From: an uncultured Clostridia bacterium
Lineage (GTDB): Bacteria; Bacillota; Clostridia; Christensenellales; CAG-917
Length of the DNA: 64,000 nucleotides
Reading direction: 5' to 3'
NCBI GenBank assembly: GCA_963542015.1
Contig: CAUTUX010000007.1
Span: forward strand, 3,339-67,338
Under the pieces are notes generated by a model. That model did no database searches. It was not told the origin of the DNA and saw only the letters and a program-made list of their open reading frames with translations. Position numbers and translations under genes: made by a program. Shown here piece after piece: positions 38,154-47,493 of this stretch (positions are counted from its first letter, which is position 1; each line of letters opens with the position of its first letter).

Positions 38154-39161
38154 TTATATTATTATTCCTGGTTGAGCAATCTGACCATTTGTATTCCCTT
38201 CACCTAACAACTTTTTGAGCCTAACAATTCTATCTGCAGTATATGGGTGCGTTGAAGTCATTCCATCAAATATACTTGTTCTTCTATGTGGTGAGTCGTC
38301 TATGATTTGTAGGGCATTAAGCAAATTATTACCTTCACCAATTTTAACTGCAAATTCATCCGCTTTATATTCTTGTCTTCTAGATGCAAACATTTCAAAC
38401 ATGAATCCGATTAACATCCATAAATTCAAAATTCCCTTTACTATCCAAGACAAGATAACTCCAATGAACCATCTCATTATGAAACCAAAAACTCTAGCCG
38501 CAGTATTGTCACTATCTTCAGTGACGAACCCAATTAATATTGCTAGCCTCAAAATTGCTACTATGAATCCAACAATCAAAGATAACAGTGTGTTTGCACT
38601 TAATTTTGTCATTGATAGAACTGTATCTGAATTTGACATATGACCAAATTCATGAGCTAGCACCCCTTTAATTCCCAAATCATCAAGTTGAGCTATCAAT
38701 CCTTCATTTACCACCATTGTATGCATTCCAATAACACATGCATTCGTGTCTGCACTTTGAGCTATAAACAGTTTTATTCTCTTTGGAACTAGTTTAGATT
38801 TATTTCTAGCTTCTTCGTGTGCTTCTTGAAAAAGATTATATAATCTGTCATATTCTTCAGGATAAGGTTTTCCTGGTTTGTATTTAATTAATCTGCTTTT
38901 GAATAATAGGATTCTGGAAAAAAATTCTCCGATATCACTTAACATCAAAAATGAAAGTCCTACATTAGCAGCAACGAAAATTTCCCCAAGGAACAAATCA
39001 AACCTAAGCTCCCCAACAGCTTGTATTCCATTCCCTGCCATGACTGTTGCTCCTATTAAAAACCCACATCCAAATATTAAACCGTTAGAAAGAAGGATGT
39101 ATATGAGTAACCCCCAGTTTCTAGGTTTAATCGCAGCTACGAAAGTTCTCCAAAAATACAT
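38154..39161 (-). CDS. M48-family (HtpX-like) membrane zinc metalloprotease
   Basis: 335 aa. Multiple TM helices, HEFGH motif (VLAHEFGHMSNSD) and a downstream E in EYKADEF. Confidence 0.75.
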   Translation of the reverse strand: MYFWRTFVAAIKPRNWGLLIYILLSNGLIFGCGFLIGATVMAGNGIQAVGELRFDLFLGEIFVAANVGLSFLMLSDIGEFFSRILLFKSRLIKYKPGKPYPEEYDRLYNLFQEAHEEARNKSKLVPKRIKLFIAQSADTNACVIGMHTMVVNEGLIAQLDDLGIKGVLAHEFGHMSNSDTVLSMTKLSANTLLSLIVGFIVAILRLAILIGFVTEDSDNTAARVFGFIMRWFIGVILSWIVKGILNLWMLIGFMFEMFASRRQEYKADEFAVKIGEGNNLLNALQIIDDSPHRRTSIFDGMTSTHPYTADRIVRLKKLLGEGNTNGQIAQPGIII

Positions 39162-40018
39162 TATTTTTCTCCTATTAATTTGTAGTAATAATCTCTCATT
39201 TGTTTTGCATCCTCAGCCTGTGTTCCCGCAGATTCAGATAAAATAAATGGAGTTAATTTATATTCAACAACAGCTTCAATGAAATCTTCAAAATGTGGTC
39301 CGTACTTTTCATCTTCAAATGTTAAATGTCTAATTTCTCCCTTTGGTCCGTATTCGATTTTTGAAAAATGAACATGCATATTTTTAACTTTATCAAATCC
39401 AAGCTTATCTATCATTTTATCAAAAATGTCTGTAAAATTTGACTTGCTTTTTAATGTTCCCCCAGTTACTGCATTTATGTGTCCAAAATCACAACAAGGG
39501 TACAAAATCTTATCTATCTTGCAGATGTTAATGATTTCATCTACAGACCCAATCTGTGCTGCCTTACCCATTGTTTCAGGACAGATTATAAATTTATCAA
39601 GCCCATCACGATACATTTTTTCTATAAGCTTATGTACCATGTAATCTATATTTTTAACGGCATCTTCTCTACTTAGTTTCCCTTGTGACCCTGCATGAAA
39701 GACACATCTATGTCCAGCAAAGTATTCTAAAATACGCAATGAGTTTGTAACATAGTCAATTGAATTATATGCTTTAACTTCATCGTCAGATGCAAAGTTA
39801 ATAAAGTATGGCGCATGAACACTAATCTCCACATCATACTTTTTTGATTGCTCTGCAATTTCAGATGCAGAACTTTGACTGATTCTTATTCCTCTGCCAA
39901 ACGAATATTCAAAAGCATTCATTCCTTTTTCACTTACCCATTTTGGGGCATCAACAGTCGCTTCATAACCGTCTGCATAAAATGATTCTGAATTGCCTGA
40001 CGGACCGAATCTTATCAT
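39161..40018 (-). CDS. TIM-barrel protein of the xylose isomerase-like / endonuclease IV-like superfamily
   Basis: 285 aa. MIRFGPSGNS start, metal-ligand-like H/D/E pattern (SVHAPYFINF, VFHAG, CPETMG, DFGH). Assignment is at family level only. Confidence 0.5.
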   Translation of the reverse strand: MIRFGPSGNSESFYADGYEATVDAPKWVSEKGMNAFEYSFGRGIRISQSSASEIAEQSKKYDVEISVHAPYFINFASDDEVKAYNSIDYVTNSLRILEYFAGHRCVFHAGSQGKLSREDAVKNIDYMVHKLIEKMYRDGLDKFIICPETMGKAAQIGSVDEIINICKIDKILYPCCDFGHINAVTGGTLKSKSNFTDIFDKMIDKLGFDKVKNMHVHFSKIEYGPKGEIRHLTFEDEKYGPHFEDFIEAVVEYKLTPFILSESAGTQAEDAKQMRDYYYKLIGEK

Positions 40019-40037
40019 AATTAACTATTTTTCTCCT

Positions 40038-40817
40038 TTATATATCTTCTCTTAATATTAATAAATCTGTACTATTCAAATCTTTAACTTCAATTATTCC
40101 ACTATCTATATTTTTTTTGAATAAAGCTTTGCCATCTTTTATTGTACATGGAAATTCAGAACTATGCTCGTCTGAACATCCTAATGCACAGATATAATTG
40201 CCGTTTTTTAAAATTGTGTCAATATCAGCTGTAATTTCTCCGACACTACCCTCAACGCAGTTTCTTAATTTAACACTATAGCTAAAAGCTAATAAGTTAT
40301 TAGCTTCTATAATGTTTCCATTTTTTAACATTTTTTTAATGTCGGTTGTATTAATTACATTGTTGTTTTTGTCTTTGAGTAGGGTAACGACTCGAACATT
40401 AAAACCTTGTTCTCTTAAAGTATTAAAATCAGATTCTCTATTTCTGCCAAATTTAAAGTCTTCTCCAACAACCATTTCTTGTATATTGTATTGTTTTTTA
40501 ATTTTTGATAAAAAATCCGCTGCTGACATATTTTTAAATGATTGATCCATTGTGGCACTGATTAAAAGTTGAACACCTAACTTTGAAAAAAGTTTTTTTC
40601 TTTTTTCAAAATCATAAATTGGTTCAGTTTTCCCAGTATATGATGAAATGTCATTTGAGAATGTAAAGACGGCAAGGTTAGCATTTAGTTTTTCAGCTTC
40701 TTCTTGAGCATATACTAACAATGCCTTATGTCCTAAATGAAAAGCATCAAAATAACCTAAAGCAAGAACAATTGGAGCCTTATCAATATTTGATTTGTTA
40801 AAATTTATTGTCTTCAT
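40038..40817 (-). CDS. FMN adenylyltransferase (RibF N-terminal domain) with a non-canonical C-terminal part
   Basis: 259 aa. Nucleotidyltransferase motif LGYFDAFHLGHKAL. The last roughly 80 aa lack riboflavin-kinase motifs (no GFPTAN-like sequence). truB-ribF synteny is conserved. Confidence 0.7.
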   Translation of the reverse strand: MKTINFNKSNIDKAPIVLALGYFDAFHLGHKALLVYAQEEAEKLNANLAVFTFSNDISSYTGKTEPIYDFEKRKKLFSKLGVQLLISATMDQSFKNMSAADFLSKIKKQYNIQEMVVGEDFKFGRNRESDFNTLREQGFNVRVVTLLKDKNNNVINTTDIKKMLKNGNIIEANNLLAFSYSVKLRNCVEGSVGEITADIDTILKNGNYICALGCSDEHSSEFPCTIKDGKALFKKNIDSGIIEVKDLNSTDLLILREDI

Positions 40818-41665
40818 AAGCGTACTTTAAATTTAAATCCTCCATTTGTATCGCAGCCATATCCCAGAAATGTACCGTTATAATATAATGCGATATCCTC
40901 CCCGCTTCCGACATGTATTTCTTGTCCATACATAAGTCGCTTATATTCATATTCATTCACTATCTTTTTTTGCATGTTATTTATAAGAAAATCTGAAGAC
41001 AATAAAAATTTTTCTGGATTAGCTTCTATTTCTTCAATTGTATGTGATTTTTCAATCGTAAAGTTACCAGACTTAGTTCTAACGAGTGAAATCATCGTAG
41101 CTAAAGAATTGAGCTTTGTCGCCATATCCCTACAAATTGATCTTATATATGTTCCTGAACCGCACTCTATTATTAGCTCAAGTTTGTTCTCAAAATAACT
41201 AAGAATTTTAATTTCCTTTATTTCTATGACTGAAGGTTTAAGTTCGACTTTTATCCCTTCTCTTGCTAATTTATATGCTCTAACTCCATTAATTGATTTT
41301 GCTGAATACTCTGGTGGAATTTGTTCCTGTCTGCCTAAAAATAAAGGAAGTATATTCTCAATTTCTTCTAATTTTGGAATATTCGTAGTTGTGTTGAGTT
41401 TAACCCCAGTTCTATCGTATGTGTCTGTATCATATCCAAAATCAAAAACTGCATTATATGTTTTATCTTTATTGAGTGAGTATTCAAAAAATCGTGTACA
41501 GTTACCAACAGCTATCGGCAAAACTCCTGTTGCCATCGGATCAAGTGTTCCAAGATGTCCAGCTTTTTTGATGTTAAACTGTTTTTTTAATATATATGAA
41601 ATTTTGTTTACAATCTGTCTAGATGTACATCCTTCTGGCTTATAGAGATTATAGAAACCATTCAC
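40814..41665 (-). CDS. truB: tRNA pseudouridine55 synthase
   Basis: 283 aa. Catalytic GHLGTLDPMATGVLP. Confidence 0.95.
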   Translation of the reverse strand: MNGFYNLYKPEGCTSRQIVNKISYILKKQFNIKKAGHLGTLDPMATGVLPIAVGNCTRFFEYSLNKDKTYNAVFDFGYDTDTYDRTGVKLNTTTNIPKLEEIENILPLFLGRQEQIPPEYSAKSINGVRAYKLAREGIKVELKPSVIEIKEIKILSYFENKLELIIECGSGTYIRSICRDMATKLNSLATMISLVRTKSGNFTIEKSHTIEEIEANPEKFLLSSDFLINNMQKKIVNEYEYKRLMYGQEIHVGSGEDIALYYNGTFLGYGCDTNGGFKFKVRL

Positions 41666-41666
41666 T

Positions 41667-42629
41667 TTATTTTATACAGCTCCTTGCAGCGTCTAACAAT
41701 AGCTGTTTTGCTTTCATGGGACTTCCGTCTATTCTACATCCAGCCGCCCTAACATGTCCTCCACCATTAAATTTACTAGCTATGTCTATGGCATTGTATT
41801 CATCTTTTGTTCTAATACTTACTTTTGAAAATCCCTTTTCACTTTCAGATATTGCAAAAGCTATTTTTACAGTTTCAATATCTAACAACATGTTAATTGT
41901 TCCTTCGGTATCTGATGAAACAGTGTCGGTTTCTCTAAAGTCTTTGGTTGTAAAGATTACAAAAGCAATTTTATTATTATCAAACATCTCACATTTTGAT
42001 AATGCTCTATTTCTTAATTTAAAAGCATTTACAGAAACATCTCTATAAAGTTTTTGAATTATTTCACCAGAATTGATTCCTTCGTCCAAGAGTATCCCAG
42101 ATATGTCATGTGTGTGCTTGGTAGTACTATCAAAAGCGAAACACCCAGTATCTGTAACTATACCAGCAAAAATGTATGATGCAATGAGCTTATTTAATCC
42201 TCCCATTGCAATAACGAGATCATATAACAGTTCCGTAGTTGAAGCTGCTTTATAGTTAAGCCATAACTGTTTTGCAAATTGAATGTGACTCTTGTGATGA
42301 TCTATAGAGATTGTATTTTTGCTCAAAATAAATGAATCGTACATTGCCCCAAGTCGCTTACTATCTCCAGTATCGAGAGATATAGATAGGTCGTGTACCT
42401 TATAGTCTTTCTCGTGTTTTATAAGCCTTGCATTTTGAAAATATAGAAATCTTGCGGGTATGTCAGAGTCGATATACATATCAACTTCCTTACCTCTTTT
42501 CCTACACAATTCATACATAATCAAAACTGAAGAAATTGCATCACAATCAGGATTGATGTGCCCATACAATGAAATTGTCTTTGCACTGTCTATAGACTTG
42601 ATTATTTCATCAATTATCTGTTCTTTCAT
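41667..42629 (-). CDS. nrnA: DHH/DHHA1 phosphoesterase (NrnA-like nanoRNase/pAp phosphatase)
   Basis: 320 aa. DHH motifs GHINPDCDAISS and SIDHH, plus DHHA1 GGGH. Confidence 0.8.
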   Translation of the reverse strand: MKEQIIDEIIKSIDSAKTISLYGHINPDCDAISSVLIMYELCRKRGKEVDMYIDSDIPARFLYFQNARLIKHEKDYKVHDLSISLDTGDSKRLGAMYDSFILSKNTISIDHHKSHIQFAKQLWLNYKAASTTELLYDLVIAMGGLNKLIASYIFAGIVTDTGCFAFDSTTKHTHDISGILLDEGINSGEIIQKLYRDVSVNAFKLRNRALSKCEMFDNNKIAFVIFTTKDFRETDTVSSDTEGTINMLLDIETVKIAFAISESEKGFSKVSIRTKDEYNAIDIASKFNGGGHVRAAGCRIDGSPMKAKQLLLDAARSCIK

Positions 42630-42975
42630 CCTTTGATATCTCTTTTAAAATTTCATCAATTTTACTTCCATATACTGCTGAGTTATCCAATTCAAATATT
42701 AAGTCAGGAATGTTTCTTATACTCATTAAATCTTTCAGCTGATTTCTTATAAAGGCTTTAGCCTCTTTTATGAGTTTCAAACATGTTTCTTTTACTTTAA
42801 GGTCATCATCAAGAATTGATAAATATACCTTTGCATATTTAAGATCTTTTGTGGCTTTTACACCAGTGCAATTTATAAGGACATCCGCAAGTCTTGGATC
42901 TTTTAAGTTTGATATAACTGAAGTAACCTGTTTTTGAATTTCAGCATTAATTCTGTTTATCTTGATGTCCGCCAT
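42610..42975 (-). CDS. rbfA: ribosome-binding factor A
   Basis: 121 aa. RbfA KH-like fold motif (DPRL, VKATKDLKYAKVY). Downstream of infB. Confidence 0.9.
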   Translation of the reverse strand: MADIKINRINAEIQKQVTSVISNLKDPRLADVLINCTGVKATKDLKYAKVYLSILDDDLKVKETCLKLIKEAKAFIRNQLKDLMSIRNIPDLIFELDNSAVYGSKIDEILKEISKDERTDN

Positions 42976-45419
42976 TATTTTCCTACTTCTTCAAGAGAAT
43001 AACATTCAATTGTGTCTCCAACCTTTATATCCTGGAAGTTTGCCAATTGAATACCACAGTCAAAGTTGATATTCATCTCTTTAACATCATCTTTCTCATG
43101 TTTCAAAGATGCTATTAATCCATCATATTCAACTTTTCCATTTCTTATAATTCTTGCTTTACATCCTTTTATAATCTTTCCATCAATTACATGTGAACCA
43201 GCTATGACGCCTACACCAGTTATCTTGAATATATTACGTACTTCAGCAATACCATTGAGTTTTTCAGTGTATGTTGGTTTAAGCATTCCTTTAATTGCAT
43301 TCTCAACATCTTCAATTGCATTGTATATTACATTGTAGTATTTGATTTCAATGTGTTTTGCTTTGGCGAGTAATGTTGCATTGGAATCTGACCTTACATT
43401 AAACCCTATAATAACTGCATCAGCAGTATCCGCAAGGTTTATATCACTTTCGTTGATAACACCAACCGCACTATGAATTACATTGATCTCAACTTCATCA
43501 TTGGTTAACTTTTCAAGTGATTCTTTTAATGCCTCTGCTGAACCTTGAACATCAGCTTTTATTATAATCTTCAAAGTCTTTAAATCTTCTGACTTAATTT
43601 TATCAAACAAATCATTCAGAGAAACTTTGGATTCCTTTCCTGTAAAGGTTGCTTTTTTAATCTTTCTTTCATTTGCAAGTTGTTTTGCAAATTTTTCATC
43701 TTCTAGAACATAAAGTACATCACCAGCTTGAGGTACCTCATCCCAACCAGATACAGATACTGGAATCGAAGGACCTGCTGATTTAATATTCTTTCCCTTA
43801 TCCGAAATCATAGTTTTAATTTTTCCAGTTGCTGTTCCTGCTATAACGAAATCACCAACTTTCAATGTTCCTTTCTGAACAAGTACATTCGCTATTTTAC
43901 CTAGTCCCTTATCCATCTTTGCTTCTACTATTGAACCAACTGCTTTTCTATCTTTATTCGCTTTTAATTCTCTTGTTTCAGCAAGAATTAGAATACTTTC
44001 GAGTAAGTTTGGTATTCCCAAACCTGTTTTTGCAGATACTTTAGCTACTATTGTATCTCCACCCCATTCTTCAGGAATTATGTTGTGTTCTGATAACTGC
44101 TGTAGGATTCTATCTGGATTTGCAGCAGGTTTATCCATTTTATTTACAGCAACTAAGATTGGAACATTTGCCAATTTTGCATGGTTTATTGCTTCAATTG
44201 TCTGTGGCATAACTCCATCATCAGCAGCCACAACAAGTACTGCAATATCCGTTACCATTGCTCCTCTTGCTCTCATTGTGGTAAATGCTTCGTGTCCAGG
44301 AGTATCAAGGAATGTAATTGGTCTCTCATCCAACATTACTGTATATGCACCTATGTGCTGTGTGATACCGCCAGCTTCTCCACTAGTTACACTTGATTTT
44401 CTAATATAATCCAACAAAGATGTCTTACCATGGTCTACATGTCCCATGATAGTTACTACTGGTGGTCTAACCTCAGCTTTTTCAATATCCTGAATATCCT
44501 GTTCTTCCAACATCGCCATTAGTTTTTCTTCATTTGTCTGATCAGGTTTTAATTCAAGAGTTATATTAAATTCACCAGCTATCAATTCTGCAGTGTCAAA
44601 ATCAATATCTTCATTGATTGTCTTATTTATTCCTAACTGGAATAATGTTCTGATAATTTCAGCACCCGTCTTTCCTATCTTTTCACTTAATACTTTTATA
44701 GGCACTGGATTCTGGGTTATAACTGCATGTTCTATAACTATTTGATTCTGTTGCGATGCTTGTTTCTTCTTTTTTACTTTTCCATATAACCTTACTGAAA
44801 GTTCATCATCATCTTCAACCGCCTTGGATTCATCTATAATGTATCCTCTTTTCATCAGATCACGAATGTTTGTTTTCTTTGAATCTTCAAATTTCTTTGT
44901 TGAATCATTCTTTGTTTTCTTTTGCTGAGATTTTGCAGCTGTTGGAATTTCAGCCATATATGACTGACTGACACCACCTTGGTTGGTAGGTCTGTTTTGT
45001 ACAGGTCTATTTACAAATGGTTTTCTCTCTCTTGTAGCTGGCTTTTCTTCTATTTTGTCTTTCTTTTTAAATACTGTTTTGCCATCACTATATTTAATGA
45101 TATATCCAGTACTTCTATCTTGAACTTCAATAACTTTTACTTCAGTTGATTCTTTTTCTTCTTTTTTTTCAGGTTCTACAGATTTTACTTCTTCTGGCTC
45201 TTTTTCTTTAACTTCAACTTTCTTTTCTACTTCAGCTGGTATTTCTACCTCTTCTCCCTTACTTTTTGCTAATGCTTCCTCATCAGCTTTCTTAGCTGCA
45301 AGTTCTTCATTCTTCTTTTTTTCTATAAGGTCATTTATCTTCTTTTCTGTTTTCTCATGCAGTTCACTATAATCACGCTTTAATTTTGATAAAATGTTTT
45401 GTATATCTTTTGTTTCCAT
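42975..45419 (-). CDS. infB: translation initiation factor IF-2
   Basis: 814 aa. Lys/Glu-rich N-terminal region and GTPase GHVDHGKTSLLD, DTPGHEAF, NKMDK. Confidence 0.95.
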   Translation of the reverse strand: METKDIQNILSKLKRDYSELHEKTEKKINDLIEKKKNEELAAKKADEEALAKSKGEEVEIPAEVEKKVEVKEKEPEEVKSVEPEKKEEKESTEVKVIEVQDRSTGYIIKYSDGKTVFKKKDKIEEKPATRERKPFVNRPVQNRPTNQGGVSQSYMAEIPTAAKSQQKKTKNDSTKKFEDSKKTNIRDLMKRGYIIDESKAVEDDDELSVRLYGKVKKKKQASQQNQIVIEHAVITQNPVPIKVLSEKIGKTGAEIIRTLFQLGINKTINEDIDFDTAELIAGEFNITLELKPDQTNEEKLMAMLEEQDIQDIEKAEVRPPVVTIMGHVDHGKTSLLDYIRKSSVTSGEAGGITQHIGAYTVMLDERPITFLDTPGHEAFTTMRARGAMVTDIAVLVVAADDGVMPQTIEAINHAKLANVPILVAVNKMDKPAANPDRILQQLSEHNIIPEEWGGDTIVAKVSAKTGLGIPNLLESILILAETRELKANKDRKAVGSIVEAKMDKGLGKIANVLVQKGTLKVGDFVIAGTATGKIKTMISDKGKNIKSAGPSIPVSVSGWDEVPQAGDVLYVLEDEKFAKQLANERKIKKATFTGKESKVSLNDLFDKIKSEDLKTLKIIIKADVQGSAEALKESLEKLTNDEVEINVIHSAVGVINESDINLADTADAVIIGFNVRSDSNATLLAKAKHIEIKYYNVIYNAIEDVENAIKGMLKPTYTEKLNGIAEVRNIFKITGVGVIAGSHVIDGKIIKGCKARIIRNGKVEYDGLIASLKHEKDDVKEMNINFDCGIQLANFQDIKVGDTIECYSLEEVGK

Positions 45420-45421
45420 CT

Positions 45422-45682
45422 TTAACCTTTCATATATTTTTTTAATTTTTCATATTCACTTTCTGCAACATTTTTTCTTAAGATCTTATCTAAAACTCTT
45501 GTTCTGCATGCTTTGTTTAGACAGCTCTCATTATTGTGTATGTACATTCCTCGTCCAGCTATCTTTTTTTCATTATCAAATATCAATTCACCGTTGATAA
45601 CTGCAAATCTTACTAATTCACTTTTGTCCGCATGCTCTCTACAGACAATACAGCGTCTTGTACTCTTTGCAAGATTACCCAT
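45422..45682 (-). CDS. ylxR: YlxR/RnpM (DUF448) RNA-binding protein
   Basis: 86 aa. RRCIVCRE motif. Lies between nusA and infB. Confidence 0.85.
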   Translation of the reverse strand: MGNLAKSTRRCIVCREHADKSELVRFAVINGELIFDNEKKIAGRGMYIHNNESCLNKACRTRVLDKILRKNVAESEYEKLKKYMKG

Positions 45683-46860
45683 TAATTCTTCAGCAACTCC
45701 TCTAGTCCAGGGCTTACAACTTCGCTATCTTCGGATGATATAAAGTTTTCAATATCTTTTGGAAGATCTACGCTACTCTCAATTTCCTTGCTGTATGATG
45801 AATACTGTTTAACATCAATTCTCCATTCAGTGAGTTTCGCAGCTAGTCTTGCATTCTGACCATTTTTACCAATAGCAAGACTTAACTGTTCATCTTCAAC
45901 AATTACTTCAGCTTTCTTATTTTCTTCATCAAGCATAATCATAAGTATTTTTGCTGGGCTCAATGCATGTGTGATGTATTGCTGTATATCATCTGTATAT
46001 TGAATAACATCAATCTTTTCACCATTTAGTTCTTGTACGACAGAATTTATTCTCAATCCTTTTTGACCAATACATGCACCTACTGGATCGATATTTATAT
46101 CATCGGAGTAAACTGACATCTTAGTTCTGAAACCAGCTTCTCTTACAACATTTTTAATTTTAACTAATCCTGCTTTTATTTCAGGAACTTCATTCTCAAA
46201 CAGTCTGCGAACAAATCCTGGGGCACTTCTTGAAACTATAACTTGCAAAGATTTCCCATGTTCCTTTATATGCTTTACATATACTTTAATGCGGTCACCA
46301 ACATTGTATGTTTCAGTTCTTACTTGATCTTGTCTAGACATTACTCCTTCCATTTGAGTAGCAGTTATTTCAACATATACAAAACCACCATCAACTCTTC
46401 TTATTACAGCAGGAACAATCTCATTACAATATCCACTCATTTCTTTATTTATTCTTTCTTTCTTTTCATCATTTAGTCTTTGTAGGACAACTTGTTTTGC
46501 AGCCTGTGAAGAAATTCTTCCAAAAATTACTGCTGGATTTATGTCTATAAGGATCATCTCACCTAACTGTGCATCAGCTTTTATTTTCTTTGCATCTTCT
46601 ATCCAAATTTCAGTATCGTCATCAATTACCTTGTCTACAACTTTCATGTAGCCGTATACACTGACAGATCTACTTTCTTTGTTCATAACTACTTTTATAG
46701 GGAATTGCTCGCCAAATTCTTTTTTGTATGCAGATGCAATACCATCTTGAATAGCGTTAATGACTTTTTCTTCTTCAAATTTACCTTCTTTTACAAGCAA
46801 ATCTAATGCATCGAAAAATTCTTCAATATCAATACCCGTAACTTTTTTCTTTCTTGCCAT
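45682..46860 (-). CDS. nusA: transcription termination/antitermination factor NusA
   Basis: 392 aa. S1 and two KH domains (GACIGQKGLRI, AIGKNGQNARLA). Confidence 0.95.
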   Translation of the reverse strand: MARKKKVTGIDIEEFFDALDLLVKEGKFEEEKVINAIQDGIASAYKKEFGEQFPIKVVMNKESRSVSVYGYMKVVDKVIDDDTEIWIEDAKKIKADAQLGEMILIDINPAVIFGRISSQAAKQVVLQRLNDEKKERINKEMSGYCNEIVPAVIRRVDGGFVYVEITATQMEGVMSRQDQVRTETYNVGDRIKVYVKHIKEHGKSLQVIVSRSAPGFVRRLFENEVPEIKAGLVKIKNVVREAGFRTKMSVYSDDINIDPVGACIGQKGLRINSVVQELNGEKIDVIQYTDDIQQYITHALSPAKILMIMLDEENKKAEVIVEDEQLSLAIGKNGQNARLAAKLTEWRIDVKQYSSYSKEIESSVDLPKDIENFISSEDSEVVSPGLEELLKN

Positions 46861-46868
46861 AATTCCTC

Positions 46869-47336
46869 CTAGAATTTAATGTATGGTCTAAATTTATATG
46901 CCTGTCTGCTATATTCTTTTTCTTTATTTCCTACTTTTATAACGACAGTATTTTCATCATATTTAATCAAAATACCATGAGACTTTCCACCCTTAACTTC
47001 AATGTCTACTCCAAGAGCTCTTCTGAAATCATCATCTGTTAGGATCTCTCTATCTAGTCCCTGTGATGAGACATTTAAGCAATATGCTTCTCCAAACTCT
47101 TCTTCATACCTATCAAGTATTTCAGATACTTTGTTATGAACTTTCTCGCAATCATCGAAAGTAATTCCATCTTTATGCCAGATATACACTGATATGTTCA
47201 AACTGTTGTATGAATCACTGAATTCAACTTCAACAGTCTCATAACCCAAATCAGCAACTGTGGCACTTATGGCTTCGGTAATTTCATGTGCTTTTGCTTC
47301 ATTAACCTTATATTTTTCTAATACTTTAGTATTCAT
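46869..47336 (-). CDS. rimP: ribosome maturation factor RimP
   Basis: 155 aa. First gene of the conserved rimP-nusA-infB operon, with RimP-like N-terminal and Sm-like C-terminal parts. Confidence 0.85.
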   Translation of the reverse strand: MNTKVLEKYKVNEAKAHEITEAISATVADLGYETVEVEFSDSYNSLNISVYIWHKDGITFDDCEKVHNKVSEILDRYEEEFGEAYCLNVSSQGLDREILTDDDFRRALGVDIEVKGGKSHGILIKYDENTVVIKVGNKEKEYSRQAYKFRPYIKF

Positions 47337-47344
47337 ATCCCTAT

Positions 47345-47371
47345 ATAAAATTAAAAGTGAGCCGAGCTCAC
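47345..47371 (-). terminator. leader hairpin plus U-run (attenuator-like) just upstream of rimP
   Basis: Minus strand GTGAGC-TCG-GCTCAC followed by TTTTAATTTTAT. It ends about 10 nt before the rimP SD/ATG and starts about 8 nt after the predicted transcription start. Confidence 0.5.
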
Positions 47372-47385
47372 CTTCAAGTGAATTA

Positions 47386-47394
47386 ATTCTAACA
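47386..47394 (-). promoter_or_regulatory. extended -10 promoter TGtTAGAAT of the rimP-nusA-infB operon
   Basis: Minus strand TG (47394..47393), n, TAGAAT (47391..47386). Confidence 0.4.
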
Positions 47395-47493
47395 CGGAAC
47401 CCGACATCTGTGCAATCAAAATTGCTTGCTTGGATTAGTTAGTTTTTATAAAAAACAAATAGTGTTATAACTAATAAAAACGGAGGCACTTTG

